Of a DNA stretch of 64,000 nucleotides, positions 11,301-18,901 are shown piece after piece. Both the position numbers and the translations under genes were made by a program. The stretch is taken from contig JBNMNO010000002.1 in NCBI GenBank assembly GCA_051275695.1, forward strand, positions 38 to 64,037, given 5' to 3'. The notes under the pieces were generated by a model. The model searched no databases, was not told where the DNA came from, and saw nothing but the letters and a program-made list of their open reading frames with translations. The stretch is from Mariniflexile sp. (GTDB taxonomy: Bacteria > Bacteroidota > Bacteroidia > Flavobacteriales > Flavobacteriaceae). Each line of letters opens with the position of its first letter. Position 1 is the first letter of the stretch.

Positions 11301-11451
11301 TAGAGGTTCCTTTTACAATAATATTTGCCCCAGCTAGAGGGATTCCGCTATTACCATCGGTAACCGTTCCTGTTACTGTAGTTTGAGCTTGTACGTTCTG
11401 AAAACCTAGCAAGCAAAACAAACACAGTAATTTTAGTAATTTTTTTATCAT
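8344..11451 (-). CDS. susC: SusC/RagA TonB-dependent transporter
   Basis: N-terminal CarboxypepD-like domain, plug motif (PLYVVDGVP...ISVLKGGAASALYGSRASGGVIIVTTK) and terminal Phe. Confidence 0.95.
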   Translation of the reverse strand: MIKKLLKLLCLFCLLGFQNVQAQTTVTGTVTDGNSGIPLAGANIIVKGTSNGVSANFDGNYSINVSDQSATLVFSFVGYTTKEIVVDGKATINVTLAEDASQLNEVVVTALGIRKETRALGYSLTEVKGEEISTVKNANAINSLQGKIAGVNISQNATGAAGSSRVIIRGNSSLTGNNQPLYVVDGVPISNENNGSAGMWGGSDGGDGISSLNADDIESISVLKGGAASALYGSRASGGVIIVTTKSGKGQDGFGVEISSSIMFDNVDTSLQDYQTGYGQGIQGRKPANVDEARDNGTSSWGPKFDGSSIVQWDGVSRPYSYVGNNLDHFYETGTTLINTLALTSGSDKMSYRFSASDLSNEDIMPNAGLNRKTFSLNSSAVLADKLTTTVNAKYTIENVQNRPRLSDAPGNANYTVALLPGNVDVRFMNPGANEDGTERTYSTDPYSQNPYFAAYNFRNEDTKNRIIANSTLRYDITDWLYTTVRGGVDHYTVRRTSVEPYGTAYKKAGGINENEIRYTQIDADFIIGAEKDITDKLSTVAFFGANSNSIKTEQLDLGGNDFIVPGLEDISNTLTQSRGRSFSQRKIGSLYGSIELAYDKWAYITFTGRNDWFSTLSAPGKTTPNDGFYPSINTSVILSEVLEMPSFVNFLKVRGGYSEVAGGAQNPYDLSLTYQIFGNPVNGQPLGSVNGGTVPNSNLVPYHKEETEIGLDARLFNNRLSLDLAYYTNTTTNDIVDVSTSVFSGYGGAKANLGEIENKGFEFLLGFKPISTENFKWSASFNGAHNSGKILATNETNSDVNLDEPRSQNVRITHIVGEAYGTIVGVSYERDDSGNIVYEIDGDGVPLAVRGARKILGEGVPPLTLGFSNTFKYKDWSLSFLIDGKFGGQVFSGTNTGLYGNGLHKATLEGRENGLSVTGIDVATGTSFTTTVAPEDLATYYGRISGIAEEFVEDADYIKFRQLSIGYSLPERFLKNIFIKDANISFIASNLFYLKRSVDNIDPESGYNVGNSQGLEYFGVPSTRSYGFNLNVKF

Positions 11452-11463
11452 AATTTTTAGAAG

Positions 11464-11541
11464 TTAGTTAATTAGTTTTGATTGGTTCAAAGATGTCAAT
11501 CCTTGAGTGTTGGAATTAATACAGTTTTGAGTTTTTACCAT
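11464..11541 (-). CDS. Candidate 25-aa leader peptide (uORF) upstream of susC
   Basis: ATG 11541 to TAA 11464 reads MVKTQNCINSNTQGLTSLNQSKLIN. It stops 12 nt before the susC ATG. Confidence 0.3.
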   Translation of the reverse strand: MVKTQNCINSNTQGLTSLNQSKLIN

Positions 11542-11645
11542 AAAATTGTTCTTTTTTAGTTTTAGTTTTAGTTTTAATTCATTTTTGAATTGATTAAGTG
11601 CTACCAAATTATCTGATTTTATATTGGCTAGAAAATAAAATATAT

Positions 11646-11683
11646 AAACAACGCTTTTTTACACATATACAACGCGTAATTAA
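11646..11683 (-). promoter_or_regulatory. Putative LytTR-type direct repeat upstream of susC
   Basis: acaacgc occurs at 11648-11654 and 11669-11675, exactly 21 bp apart. The distal copy caacgcgtaa resembles the box core cgacgagtaa. Confidence 0.55.
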
Positions 11684-11822
11684 AGACAAATGAATATATA
11701 ACCTTTAAATGGGCAAAAAACAGAGAAATGCCATTTTAAAATCAATCTAACCAAACAATTTAATAATTATTTGTTAATTTTAACAGTAAATTAACTAAAG
11801 TTTTAATTAATACATTAAACTA

Positions 11823-11839
11823 TTTCGACCAGTAACATT
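11823..11839 (-). promoter_or_regulatory. Recurring PUL box
   Basis: tttcgaccagtaacatt in the divergent susC/GHL10 intergenic region. Confidence 0.55.
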
Positions 11840-11947
11840 TTTTAAACGCTATAGGAAGTAGAATTACTCATAAAAGCACAATTTTAAAAAAAAAGAAAAA
11901 CCAGATTAAAACTTGTATATTTGATGTATTATAATTTCTAATTTATT

Positions 11948-13051
11948 ATGAATAAGCTACTTACAATATTCATCCTGCTTTTTATTATTTCATCTTGTAC
12001 TGAAGAAACAAAAATCCCTGTTTTTGCATGGATGGGATATGATAACCAAAAGACAGACCAAGAATTAAAGGAACAATTTAAAGATTTGAAAACGAAAGGA
12101 ATTGATGGCATTATGTATAATGCAGGTCATAACCCAGAAACATATAGAAAGGTTGGGGAACTAGTTAAAAATGCTGGAATGGAATTTCACGCTTGGATTC
12201 CTACCATGGTTCAAAATAACAATCCTAACTTAAAACATGAATGGTATGCGGTTAATGGCCTTGGAGAATCTGCAAAAGACAAACCTGCTTATGTAGATCA
12301 TTACCAATTTCTCTGTCCGAATCGGGAAGAAGTATATGATTTTTTAGCAGATTTATATAGCCGTGTTGCCGAAGTAGAAGAAGTTGATGGCATTCATTTG
12401 GACTTTATTCGATTTCCTGATGTCATTCTTGCAAGAGGGCTTTGGGATAAATACGGTTTGGTAATGGATAGAGAATTCCCTCAATTTGATTATTGTTATT
12501 GTGATAAATGCGTATCCGACTTTGAAGCAAAAACTGGAATAAATATAAAAGAAGTAGACGATCCTTCGAAAGTAGACGCATGGAAACAATTCCGGTATGA
12601 CTTAATAACAAATCTTGTAAATCGCTTAGCCGATGTAGTTCATTCAAAAAACAAAAAGATTAATGCAGCAGTTTTTCCAGGACCCAGCGTAGCAAAAAAT
12701 TTAGTTCGACAAGAATGGAATAAATGGAATATAGATTCCTTTTACCCAATGAATTATAACGATTTTTATTTAGAAGGAACAGAATGGATTGGAGATGTTA
12801 CTAATGAGGAGGTTACTTCTATTAATAATAGCAAACCGGTTTATAGTGGCTTATTTATTTGTCCTAAACCTGAAAATAAAACTAACGAAGCTGATCCTGA
12901 AAATCACGGTTTATTACCTGAAGAACTAGAGGCCGCTATAAATGAATCTATTAGTAATGGCGCAACTGGTATATGTCTATTTACTCCTAGTAGAATGACA
13001 GATGCGCATTGGAAAGCTTTTGAAAAAGCAATTTATATAGAAAAAGAATAA
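11948..13051 (+). CDS. GHL10 (DUF187-like) putative glycoside hydrolase lipoprotein, paralog 1
   Basis: Lipobox IISSC, plus FHAW, LCP, DGIHLDFIRFPD and CYCDKC motifs. Aligns with 50496..51614. Confidence 0.7.
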   Translation: MNKLLTIFILLFIISSCTEETKIPVFAWMGYDNQKTDQELKEQFKDLKTKGIDGIMYNAGHNPETYRKVGELVKNAGMEFHAWIPTMVQNNNPNLKHEWYAVNGLGESAKDKPAYVDHYQFLCPNREEVYDFLADLYSRVAEVEEVDGIHLDFIRFPDVILARGLWDKYGLVMDREFPQFDYCYCDKCVSDFEAKTGINIKEVDDPSKVDAWKQFRYDLITNLVNRLADVVHSKNKKINAAVFPGPSVAKNLVRQEWNKWNIDSFYPMNYNDFYLEGTEWIGDVTNEEVTSINNSKPVYSGLFICPKPENKTNEADPENHGLLPEELEAAINESISNGATGICLFTPSRMTDAHWKAFEKAIYIEKE

Positions 13052-13059
13052 GAAGTTAT

Positions 13060-13096
13060 AAAAAAAGGAAGCCATACTAAATGGCTTCCTTTTTTT
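13060..13096. terminator. Bidirectional terminator between convergent genes
   Basis: aaaaaaaggaagccat-actaa-atggcttccttttttt is a perfect inverted repeat with A/T tails on both sides. Confidence 0.85.
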
Positions 13097-14231
13097 ATTT
13101 GTTTAGATTGTCAGATATCGTATTTAAAAGGCTCCCATTATCCCCATTAAACTGCCAAAACATGATGCCTCCTAGATTTTCATTTTTTACGAAATCAACT
13201 TTATATTGCATTGATTTCATGTTTTCATAAGTAATAAACATCGAGTCTTTTTCTCTCCATATGTATGGTGCTTTTGCGCTTTCATCCCAGTAAGAGACAA
13301 AAGCATTATTACTCAAACTATCTGCTATAGTACTATAACTAAACCCTCCCGTTTCACCCACGGCATTTTGATATAATCCATTATTCTCTGGTTGAGCACC
13401 CTTCCAATATCTACCATAAAATGGTACCCCAAGCACAATTTTATGTGCTGGAATTCCTGCTTCAATATGTTCCTGCACAGCCTTAGCGGAATTACGTTGC
13501 TTATCATTATCAAATTCTGACATAAAAAGATTGGCATGATGGCCTGTTCTCTTTGATCCTCCTGTTACATAATCATAGGTCATAATATTTACAAAATCAA
13601 GATATTGATGCGCTTCTTTCATATTGGTATAATCCAAATAGTTTTGGTTGGCACCCGTAGCAATGGTCAATAAATAATGTTTATTAGTGGTTGAAACTGA
13701 ATCTAGTTTCTTTCTTAATAGCTTTAAAATATTTGTAAAATGCTCCTTGTCGTCTGGTCTAAAATGGTTATTATCTCCTAGTTGACCTGGGTATTCCCAA
13801 TCTAAATCAATACCATCAATTTTATGCCTTAACATAAAGTTGATGGCGCTATTAGCAAATATTTGTCTTGATTTTTCGGTTAACACAGCATCAGAGAAAT
13901 TCTTAGACCAACTCCAACCGCCAACAGAAATTAAGATTTTTAATTCTTTATTAGTCTGCTTTAATTTATTTAACTTCATAAAAGTCTCTCCGTCAGTTTC
14001 GTTACCTTCAGTAACTTTACCATCTTTAATATTCGCAAAAGCATAATTTATATGTGTTATTTGGCGCGCCTTTTCATTGTTTTCTCCCCAATTATCCTGC
14101 CATCCATGAACATAAGCAATAATTTTATAATCTTTCTGATTTCTTCCATTTAAATCTTGTTGATTATTTTTATTGTTAGAATTTGTAAAAAAAATAACAA
14201 AAAATACAAATGTTGAAAAATTTCTAAGCAT
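13095..14231 (-). CDS. GH18 chitinase-like hydrolase
   Basis: THINYAFA, ISVGGW, the catalytic DGIDLDWEYP, IMTYD, GVPFYGR and LGGIMFW. Confidence 0.92.
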   Translation of the reverse strand: MLRNFSTFVFFVIFFTNSNNKNNQQDLNGRNQKDYKIIAYVHGWQDNWGENNEKARQITHINYAFANIKDGKVTEGNETDGETFMKLNKLKQTNKELKILISVGGWSWSKNFSDAVLTEKSRQIFANSAINFMLRHKIDGIDLDWEYPGQLGDNNHFRPDDKEHFTNILKLLRKKLDSVSTTNKHYLLTIATGANQNYLDYTNMKEAHQYLDFVNIMTYDYVTGGSKRTGHHANLFMSEFDNDKQRNSAKAVQEHIEAGIPAHKIVLGVPFYGRYWKGAQPENNGLYQNAVGETGGFSYSTIADSLSNNAFVSYWDESAKAPYIWREKDSMFITYENMKSMQYKVDFVKNENLGGIMFWQFNGDNGSLLNTISDNLNK

Positions 14232-14269
14232 GGTAATTTGTTTTTTTAAGTATTAAAATTTATAAATAT

Positions 14270-15700
14270 TTAATAATTTAAAGATAATAAGTTTTTATTT
14301 TCGTTATGAATTTTTACAATTAGTTCACCAAACAATGTATTTGCCCAAGCAAACCAATCTCTTCCATAATCCTTTGCATTGTCTTTATCAAATCCTTCGT
14401 GCATAAAACCAGTTCCAGCATGAGTTGCCTTCAACATTTTTATGCATTGTATTATTTCATCGGCATCAATACTTGTCATTGCTCTTAAAATAATTCCCAT
14501 AGGCCAAATTTTATTTTTTCCTGTATGGGGGCTTCCTTGTCCTTCAGCAACTTTTCCTTTTAAAAAATAAGGATTGTTTTCACTTAATAGAAATCTTCTT
14601 GTATTTTGATATAATGCATCCGTAGATTTGTGCACACCTAAATAAGCTAAAGACATTAACGATGGCACATTAGCATCATCCATAAACAATTTATTTCCAA
14701 AGCCATCAACTTCATATGCATATATTTTTCCAAAGCTTAAATGCTCAGAAACTGCCTGTTTTTGAATTGCTGAATCTATCTCATTAGCCATATCTTCACA
14801 CAAGGTAGCAAACTCATTTTTATCCAACACATTTCTATATATGTTTTCTAATTGATGTAAAGAAACTACAGCAAAAATATTTGAAGGTATTAAATAAGGA
14901 TACATCGTTGAATCATCAGAAGGTCGAAACATAGAACAAATCAACCCGTTTTGTTTTACAGGTCTTCCTGTTCCATTAAATGGCGGAGAATCTATTACAG
15001 ACGTTGTTTCTCTACTAAACACATATTCTGATTCATTATTTTTTCGCTGCTCAGTTTTAAATGTTTTTACAATTAAACGCATTGCTTTATCCCAGTCTTC
15101 ATCAAAAACAGATGCATCATTTGTGATTTTATAGTATTCATTTGCCAAACGAACGACATAACATAAGGAGTCAATTTCCCATTTACGCTCGTGAATTCCC
15201 GGTAACATCTGAGTCTGATCACTTTTCCAATGTGAAATTTTAGATTTATCTTTATAAAAGGCATTTGCATATGGATCTAACAACACACATTTTACTTGTC
15301 TATTAATCAATCCTTTTACTAATAATTTCAACTTTTCATCTTTTGAAATAAGAGGCATATATGGCCAAACCTGTGCCGTGGAATCTCGCAACCACATAGC
15401 ATCAATGTCACCTGTAATCACAAATGTATCTGGTTTTCCATCAATCATTTCAAAATCAATTGTAGTGTCTAATGTATTAGGAAAACAGTTTTCAAACATC
15501 CAAGCTACTTCTTCGTCTCTAATAAATGATTTTACCTTTTTTATTGTTTTTTCAACCTCAACACTCCTGAATTTTCTATCAGCTATTGAAGGTCGTTTAC
15601 TTATAAATTTAACTTGAGTTGTTGCTACTATATTTTGAGGCATTGCTAAAACTCCTGCAGTAAACAAAGAGCTTTGAGCTAAAAATTTTCTTCTTTTCAT
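14270..15700 (-). CDS. GH125 exo-alpha-1,6-mannosidase (Tat signal)
   Basis: MKRRKFL Tat motif, FENCFPNTLDTT, ITGDIDAMWLRDS, ERKWEIDSL, MDDANVPSL and WFAWANTLF. Confidence 0.92.
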   Translation of the reverse strand: MKRRKFLAQSSLFTAGVLAMPQNIVATTQVKFISKRPSIADRKFRSVEVEKTIKKVKSFIRDEEVAWMFENCFPNTLDTTIDFEMIDGKPDTFVITGDIDAMWLRDSTAQVWPYMPLISKDEKLKLLVKGLINRQVKCVLLDPYANAFYKDKSKISHWKSDQTQMLPGIHERKWEIDSLCYVVRLANEYYKITNDASVFDEDWDKAMRLIVKTFKTEQRKNNESEYVFSRETTSVIDSPPFNGTGRPVKQNGLICSMFRPSDDSTMYPYLIPSNIFAVVSLHQLENIYRNVLDKNEFATLCEDMANEIDSAIQKQAVSEHLSFGKIYAYEVDGFGNKLFMDDANVPSLMSLAYLGVHKSTDALYQNTRRFLLSENNPYFLKGKVAEGQGSPHTGKNKIWPMGIILRAMTSIDADEIIQCIKMLKATHAGTGFMHEGFDKDNAKDYGRDWFAWANTLFGELIVKIHNENKNLLSLNY

Positions 15701-15709
15701 GATTAAAAT

Positions 15710-16555
15710 TTATTTTATTTCAACTTTAACAAAAACAGGCAAGTGATCAGATGGATATTTACAATCCTTCGAATCGCTTAAAACAGCAAATTTTTGTACT
15801 TCAATGGTGTTTTTACTTGTAAAAATATAATCAATTCTATCATTTACAGGTTCGTAAAATTTAAATCCGTTATAAGTTCCTGTTGGACCAAAAGGTTTTG
15901 AACTACTTATTTTTTTTGAATCATTAAAAACAGTAGAAAGCAATATTATAGGCTCACTAGTTGGTTTTAAATTAAAATCACCCATTAAAATAGTAGGCAG
16001 ATTATTTTTATTAAGTTCTTTAATTTTACTTACAATAAGTTTAGAGCTTTGCAATCTAGCTTCCTCACCAATATGATCAAAATGTGTGTTAAATACCCAA
16101 AATTGTTGATTTGTATTTCTGTTTTCAAGCAATGCGTAAGTACAAATTCGCTCCATAGAAGCATCCCAACCAACTGAAATTTCATGAGGTGTTTCAGATA
16201 ACCAGAAAGTGTTTTGTTTTATTATTTTGAGTTTTTTTGAGTTATAAAAAATAGCGCTATACTCACCTTTTTCCTTACCATCATCTCTACCAATACCAAC
16301 AAAATTATAAGTTACAAATACACTATCTAAATACGTTACTTGATGATATAAACCTTCTTGAATTCCGAAAATATCTGGCTCATAAAAAGCTATTTGTGAA
16401 CTTAAAAACTCTTTTCTTTTAGACCATTGATTTTCCCCATCATTCGGGTTATCATATCGAATGTTATATGTCATTAACTTATATGTTTCCTTTTGTGCGG
16501 AACACGAAAAAACAATCAGGAACAATGAAAAAAAAATATATTTAAACACTCTCAT
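15710..16555 (-). CDS. Endonuclease/exonuclease/phosphatase (EEP) family protein, probable sugar-phosphate phosphatase
   Basis: MTYNIR, GIQE, NTHFDH, MGDFN, RIDYIF and PSDH catalytic motifs. It has a signal peptide and lies inside the PUL operon. Confidence 0.8.
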   Translation of the reverse strand: MRVFKYIFFSLFLIVFSCSAQKETYKLMTYNIRYDNPNDGENQWSKRKEFLSSQIAFYEPDIFGIQEGLYHQVTYLDSVFVTYNFVGIGRDDGKEKGEYSAIFYNSKKLKIIKQNTFWLSETPHEISVGWDASMERICTYALLENRNTNQQFWVFNTHFDHIGEEARLQSSKLIVSKIKELNKNNLPTILMGDFNLKPTSEPIILLSTVFNDSKKISSSKPFGPTGTYNGFKFYEPVNDRIDYIFTSKNTIEVQKFAVLSDSKDCKYPSDHLPVFVKVEIK

Positions 16556-16575
16556 CTACTTATTTTTTATTCTTT

Positions 16576-18837
16576 TTAATTTATTATTACTTCATCGGCA
16601 AAAATCCATGCAGGAGTCCCTGCTGCATGATGCCAATAAGGCGGTTCAATCATGTTTTCTCCAATCACTTTAATATAGCGAGCATTGACTTTTGCAAAAC
16701 TAATATTGAAGTATTTTATATCATTTATTTTGCTTGTTTTCGTTAAAGGATTGTCATTTATTACTATCCCTAATTTTACATAATTTTTAGCATCGTTTGA
16801 ATAATAATATGAAACATTCTTAGGAAAAAATACTACGTGATTTGAAACTTGCAAAAATGCAGTTGTTATAGAACTGATAGATTCGCTTGCTTCTAAATCT
16901 ATTACAACTTCTAAATTATTCCCTTCAAAACCTAACCAATTGGCATAAAAGCTATTACCTCCTAAAGCACCATCAGTTAAGGTTTGAGGATCTTCATTCG
17001 CATATTTTTTAGGTTTTGTTAGTAATGTCACATTTTTATCAAAGGCTTTATTAGGCTGTGTTGCAACCTCCATAGCTTTTTTATAATTTACATAATACTC
17101 TTTAACACTGAATCCCATTTCATTCATTAAAGTAATATTTGCATTGACACATGTATTATAAAAATTATCCAATCGTTTTAAAACAACTCCACTTATACTT
17201 TTTTTCCCATTAGCATCTAACAATACCATACTAAATTCTTTGGATACATTCTTTTTGCAAGCTTCTAAAATAGCATAGTCTATACTAATATGAGCTTCTT
17301 TAACTCGTTTTAGAATCAATGGTTTATTTGTAACTATTTTTTCAGCTTTATTAAAAAATTCATCATATTGTTTTAACAATTCCGGATTTAAAAATGAATC
17401 AAATGCTTGTGAAGGATCTCCATACAAAAAAAGAAAAAAATCAGGATCTTCTTTAATTTTTTGATGAACTAAATCAATGTATTTTTTCACATAAACACCA
17501 GCTTCTTCATAATAACCATTGGTAAATTCCGCAATTAATTCCTCTATGTTTAAATTAGGATTCCACAGTAATTTTGCTGTAACATAAGAACGTAACTCAA
17601 ATAATTCACTTGGGTTATGACTGTGTTGCTCAAAAATCCATTTTGCGTTATTCACACTGAAAAATTGAATGTTTGGTTGTAAGGTGTATATATTTGGAAA
17701 TGGAGCCAAAAAATTGGTGAATTGAGTTGTATAATCCCAAATTCTAATATTTTCAGTAATTTGTTTCCAGTCATTTAAATCTTCAGCAAAATCAGTACAT
17801 TTTTCTTCAATTGGTGCACTTCTATCACATTCAATTGAGCATAATGTAATTAAAACATTGCTTAAAGGTTTTGTTTTTGAAGGTTTACGCGTGTACTGAT
17901 ATGCCAATGTTGAAATTGTTTTATCAGGAAAATCCGCTGCAATTTTATTCACAAACTGAATCATTGTTCCAGAAGGACCTCCTTCTAAACTATCAATCCC
18001 ACTACATTTATTACATTGGCAATATTGTTGATTGTCATTCTGACTAACAGAAATAACAGTAGCTCGCGGAAATTGTTTAAACAAGGAAGCTACAGAATCT
18101 TTTACTATTTCATAAACATTATTATTTGTTAAACACAATTGAGTTGGTAATCTTTTATTACCTCTTAAAGCAAAATATTCTGGATGTTTTTTATAATAAA
18201 CTTCCTCTGGTAAAAACTTATTAAAGGTATGCACTCTGGCTGAAGGAACGTAATATGGGAATGCTTCTGCTGTTACTTTATGCTTATCTGCAAAGGCGGG
18301 GTTTTCATAAAATAATTTAGAATGCACAGTTCTTGTAATAATATTTGGTATGTATAAATAATTTATATTTTTATCTAAAACAATCGTTTTTAAAATTGGG
18401 ATTTCTTCAACATTCGGTGCATACCATTTGCAATTTAAATAGATTTCCAAAAACTCATAAACTGCATTTTTTACTGCTGAATCTGAACCCCCACTAATAA
18501 TTATATTTTTTACTTCTGAATTAATTTTAATTTGATTTTTATCTAACGCTGCAATTTGAACAAAAAGTTTGTGTTTATCTTCTGTTTGATTTTTCTCTGT
18601 TACTATTGGAATTTTAACATTTGAAATTTTTTCAATATAGGTTTGTAATTCTTCCGATGCATATTTAATAATTATTGAAGCATCTTCATCAATTACAATT
18701 TCATACTTTGAAGTACCTTTATTGGTTAACTCCAATTTATTATTGGGCGTACATGATACTATAGCGATTATTAAAAATGAAAGAATAAATTTTAAGACTA
18801 TATGACGATTTATATACTTTTTTATTAATTGATTCAT
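16576..18837 (-). CDS. DUF4838 protein (GH163-like endo-beta-N-acetylglucosaminidase candidate) with C-terminal discoidin-like module
   Basis: Lipobox IVSC, VHTF, HPEYFAL, QLCLTN, CQCNKC, TLAYQYTRKP, IWDYTTQF and AKLLWNP. The C-terminus ends WIFADE. Confidence 0.7.
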   Translation of the reverse strand: MNQLIKKYINRHIVLKFILSFLIIAIVSCTPNNKLELTNKGTSKYEIVIDEDASIIIKYASEELQTYIEKISNVKIPIVTEKNQTEDKHKLFVQIAALDKNQIKINSEVKNIIISGGSDSAVKNAVYEFLEIYLNCKWYAPNVEEIPILKTIVLDKNINYLYIPNIITRTVHSKLFYENPAFADKHKVTAEAFPYYVPSARVHTFNKFLPEEVYYKKHPEYFALRGNKRLPTQLCLTNNNVYEIVKDSVASLFKQFPRATVISVSQNDNQQYCQCNKCSGIDSLEGGPSGTMIQFVNKIAADFPDKTISTLAYQYTRKPSKTKPLSNVLITLCSIECDRSAPIEEKCTDFAEDLNDWKQITENIRIWDYTTQFTNFLAPFPNIYTLQPNIQFFSVNNAKWIFEQHSHNPSELFELRSYVTAKLLWNPNLNIEELIAEFTNGYYEEAGVYVKKYIDLVHQKIKEDPDFFLFLYGDPSQAFDSFLNPELLKQYDEFFNKAEKIVTNKPLILKRVKEAHISIDYAILEACKKNVSKEFSMVLLDANGKKSISGVVLKRLDNFYNTCVNANITLMNEMGFSVKEYYVNYKKAMEVATQPNKAFDKNVTLLTKPKKYANEDPQTLTDGALGGNSFYANWLGFEGNNLEVVIDLEASESISSITTAFLQVSNHVVFFPKNVSYYYSNDAKNYVKLGIVINDNPLTKTSKINDIKYFNISFAKVNARYIKVIGENMIEPPYWHHAAGTPAWIFADEVIIN

Positions 18838-18901
18838 ATTCCTGAATTTTAAACTAATTATGTACTTAATTGTGATTTAACCAAAAAATCTAAAAGAAGA
18901 A

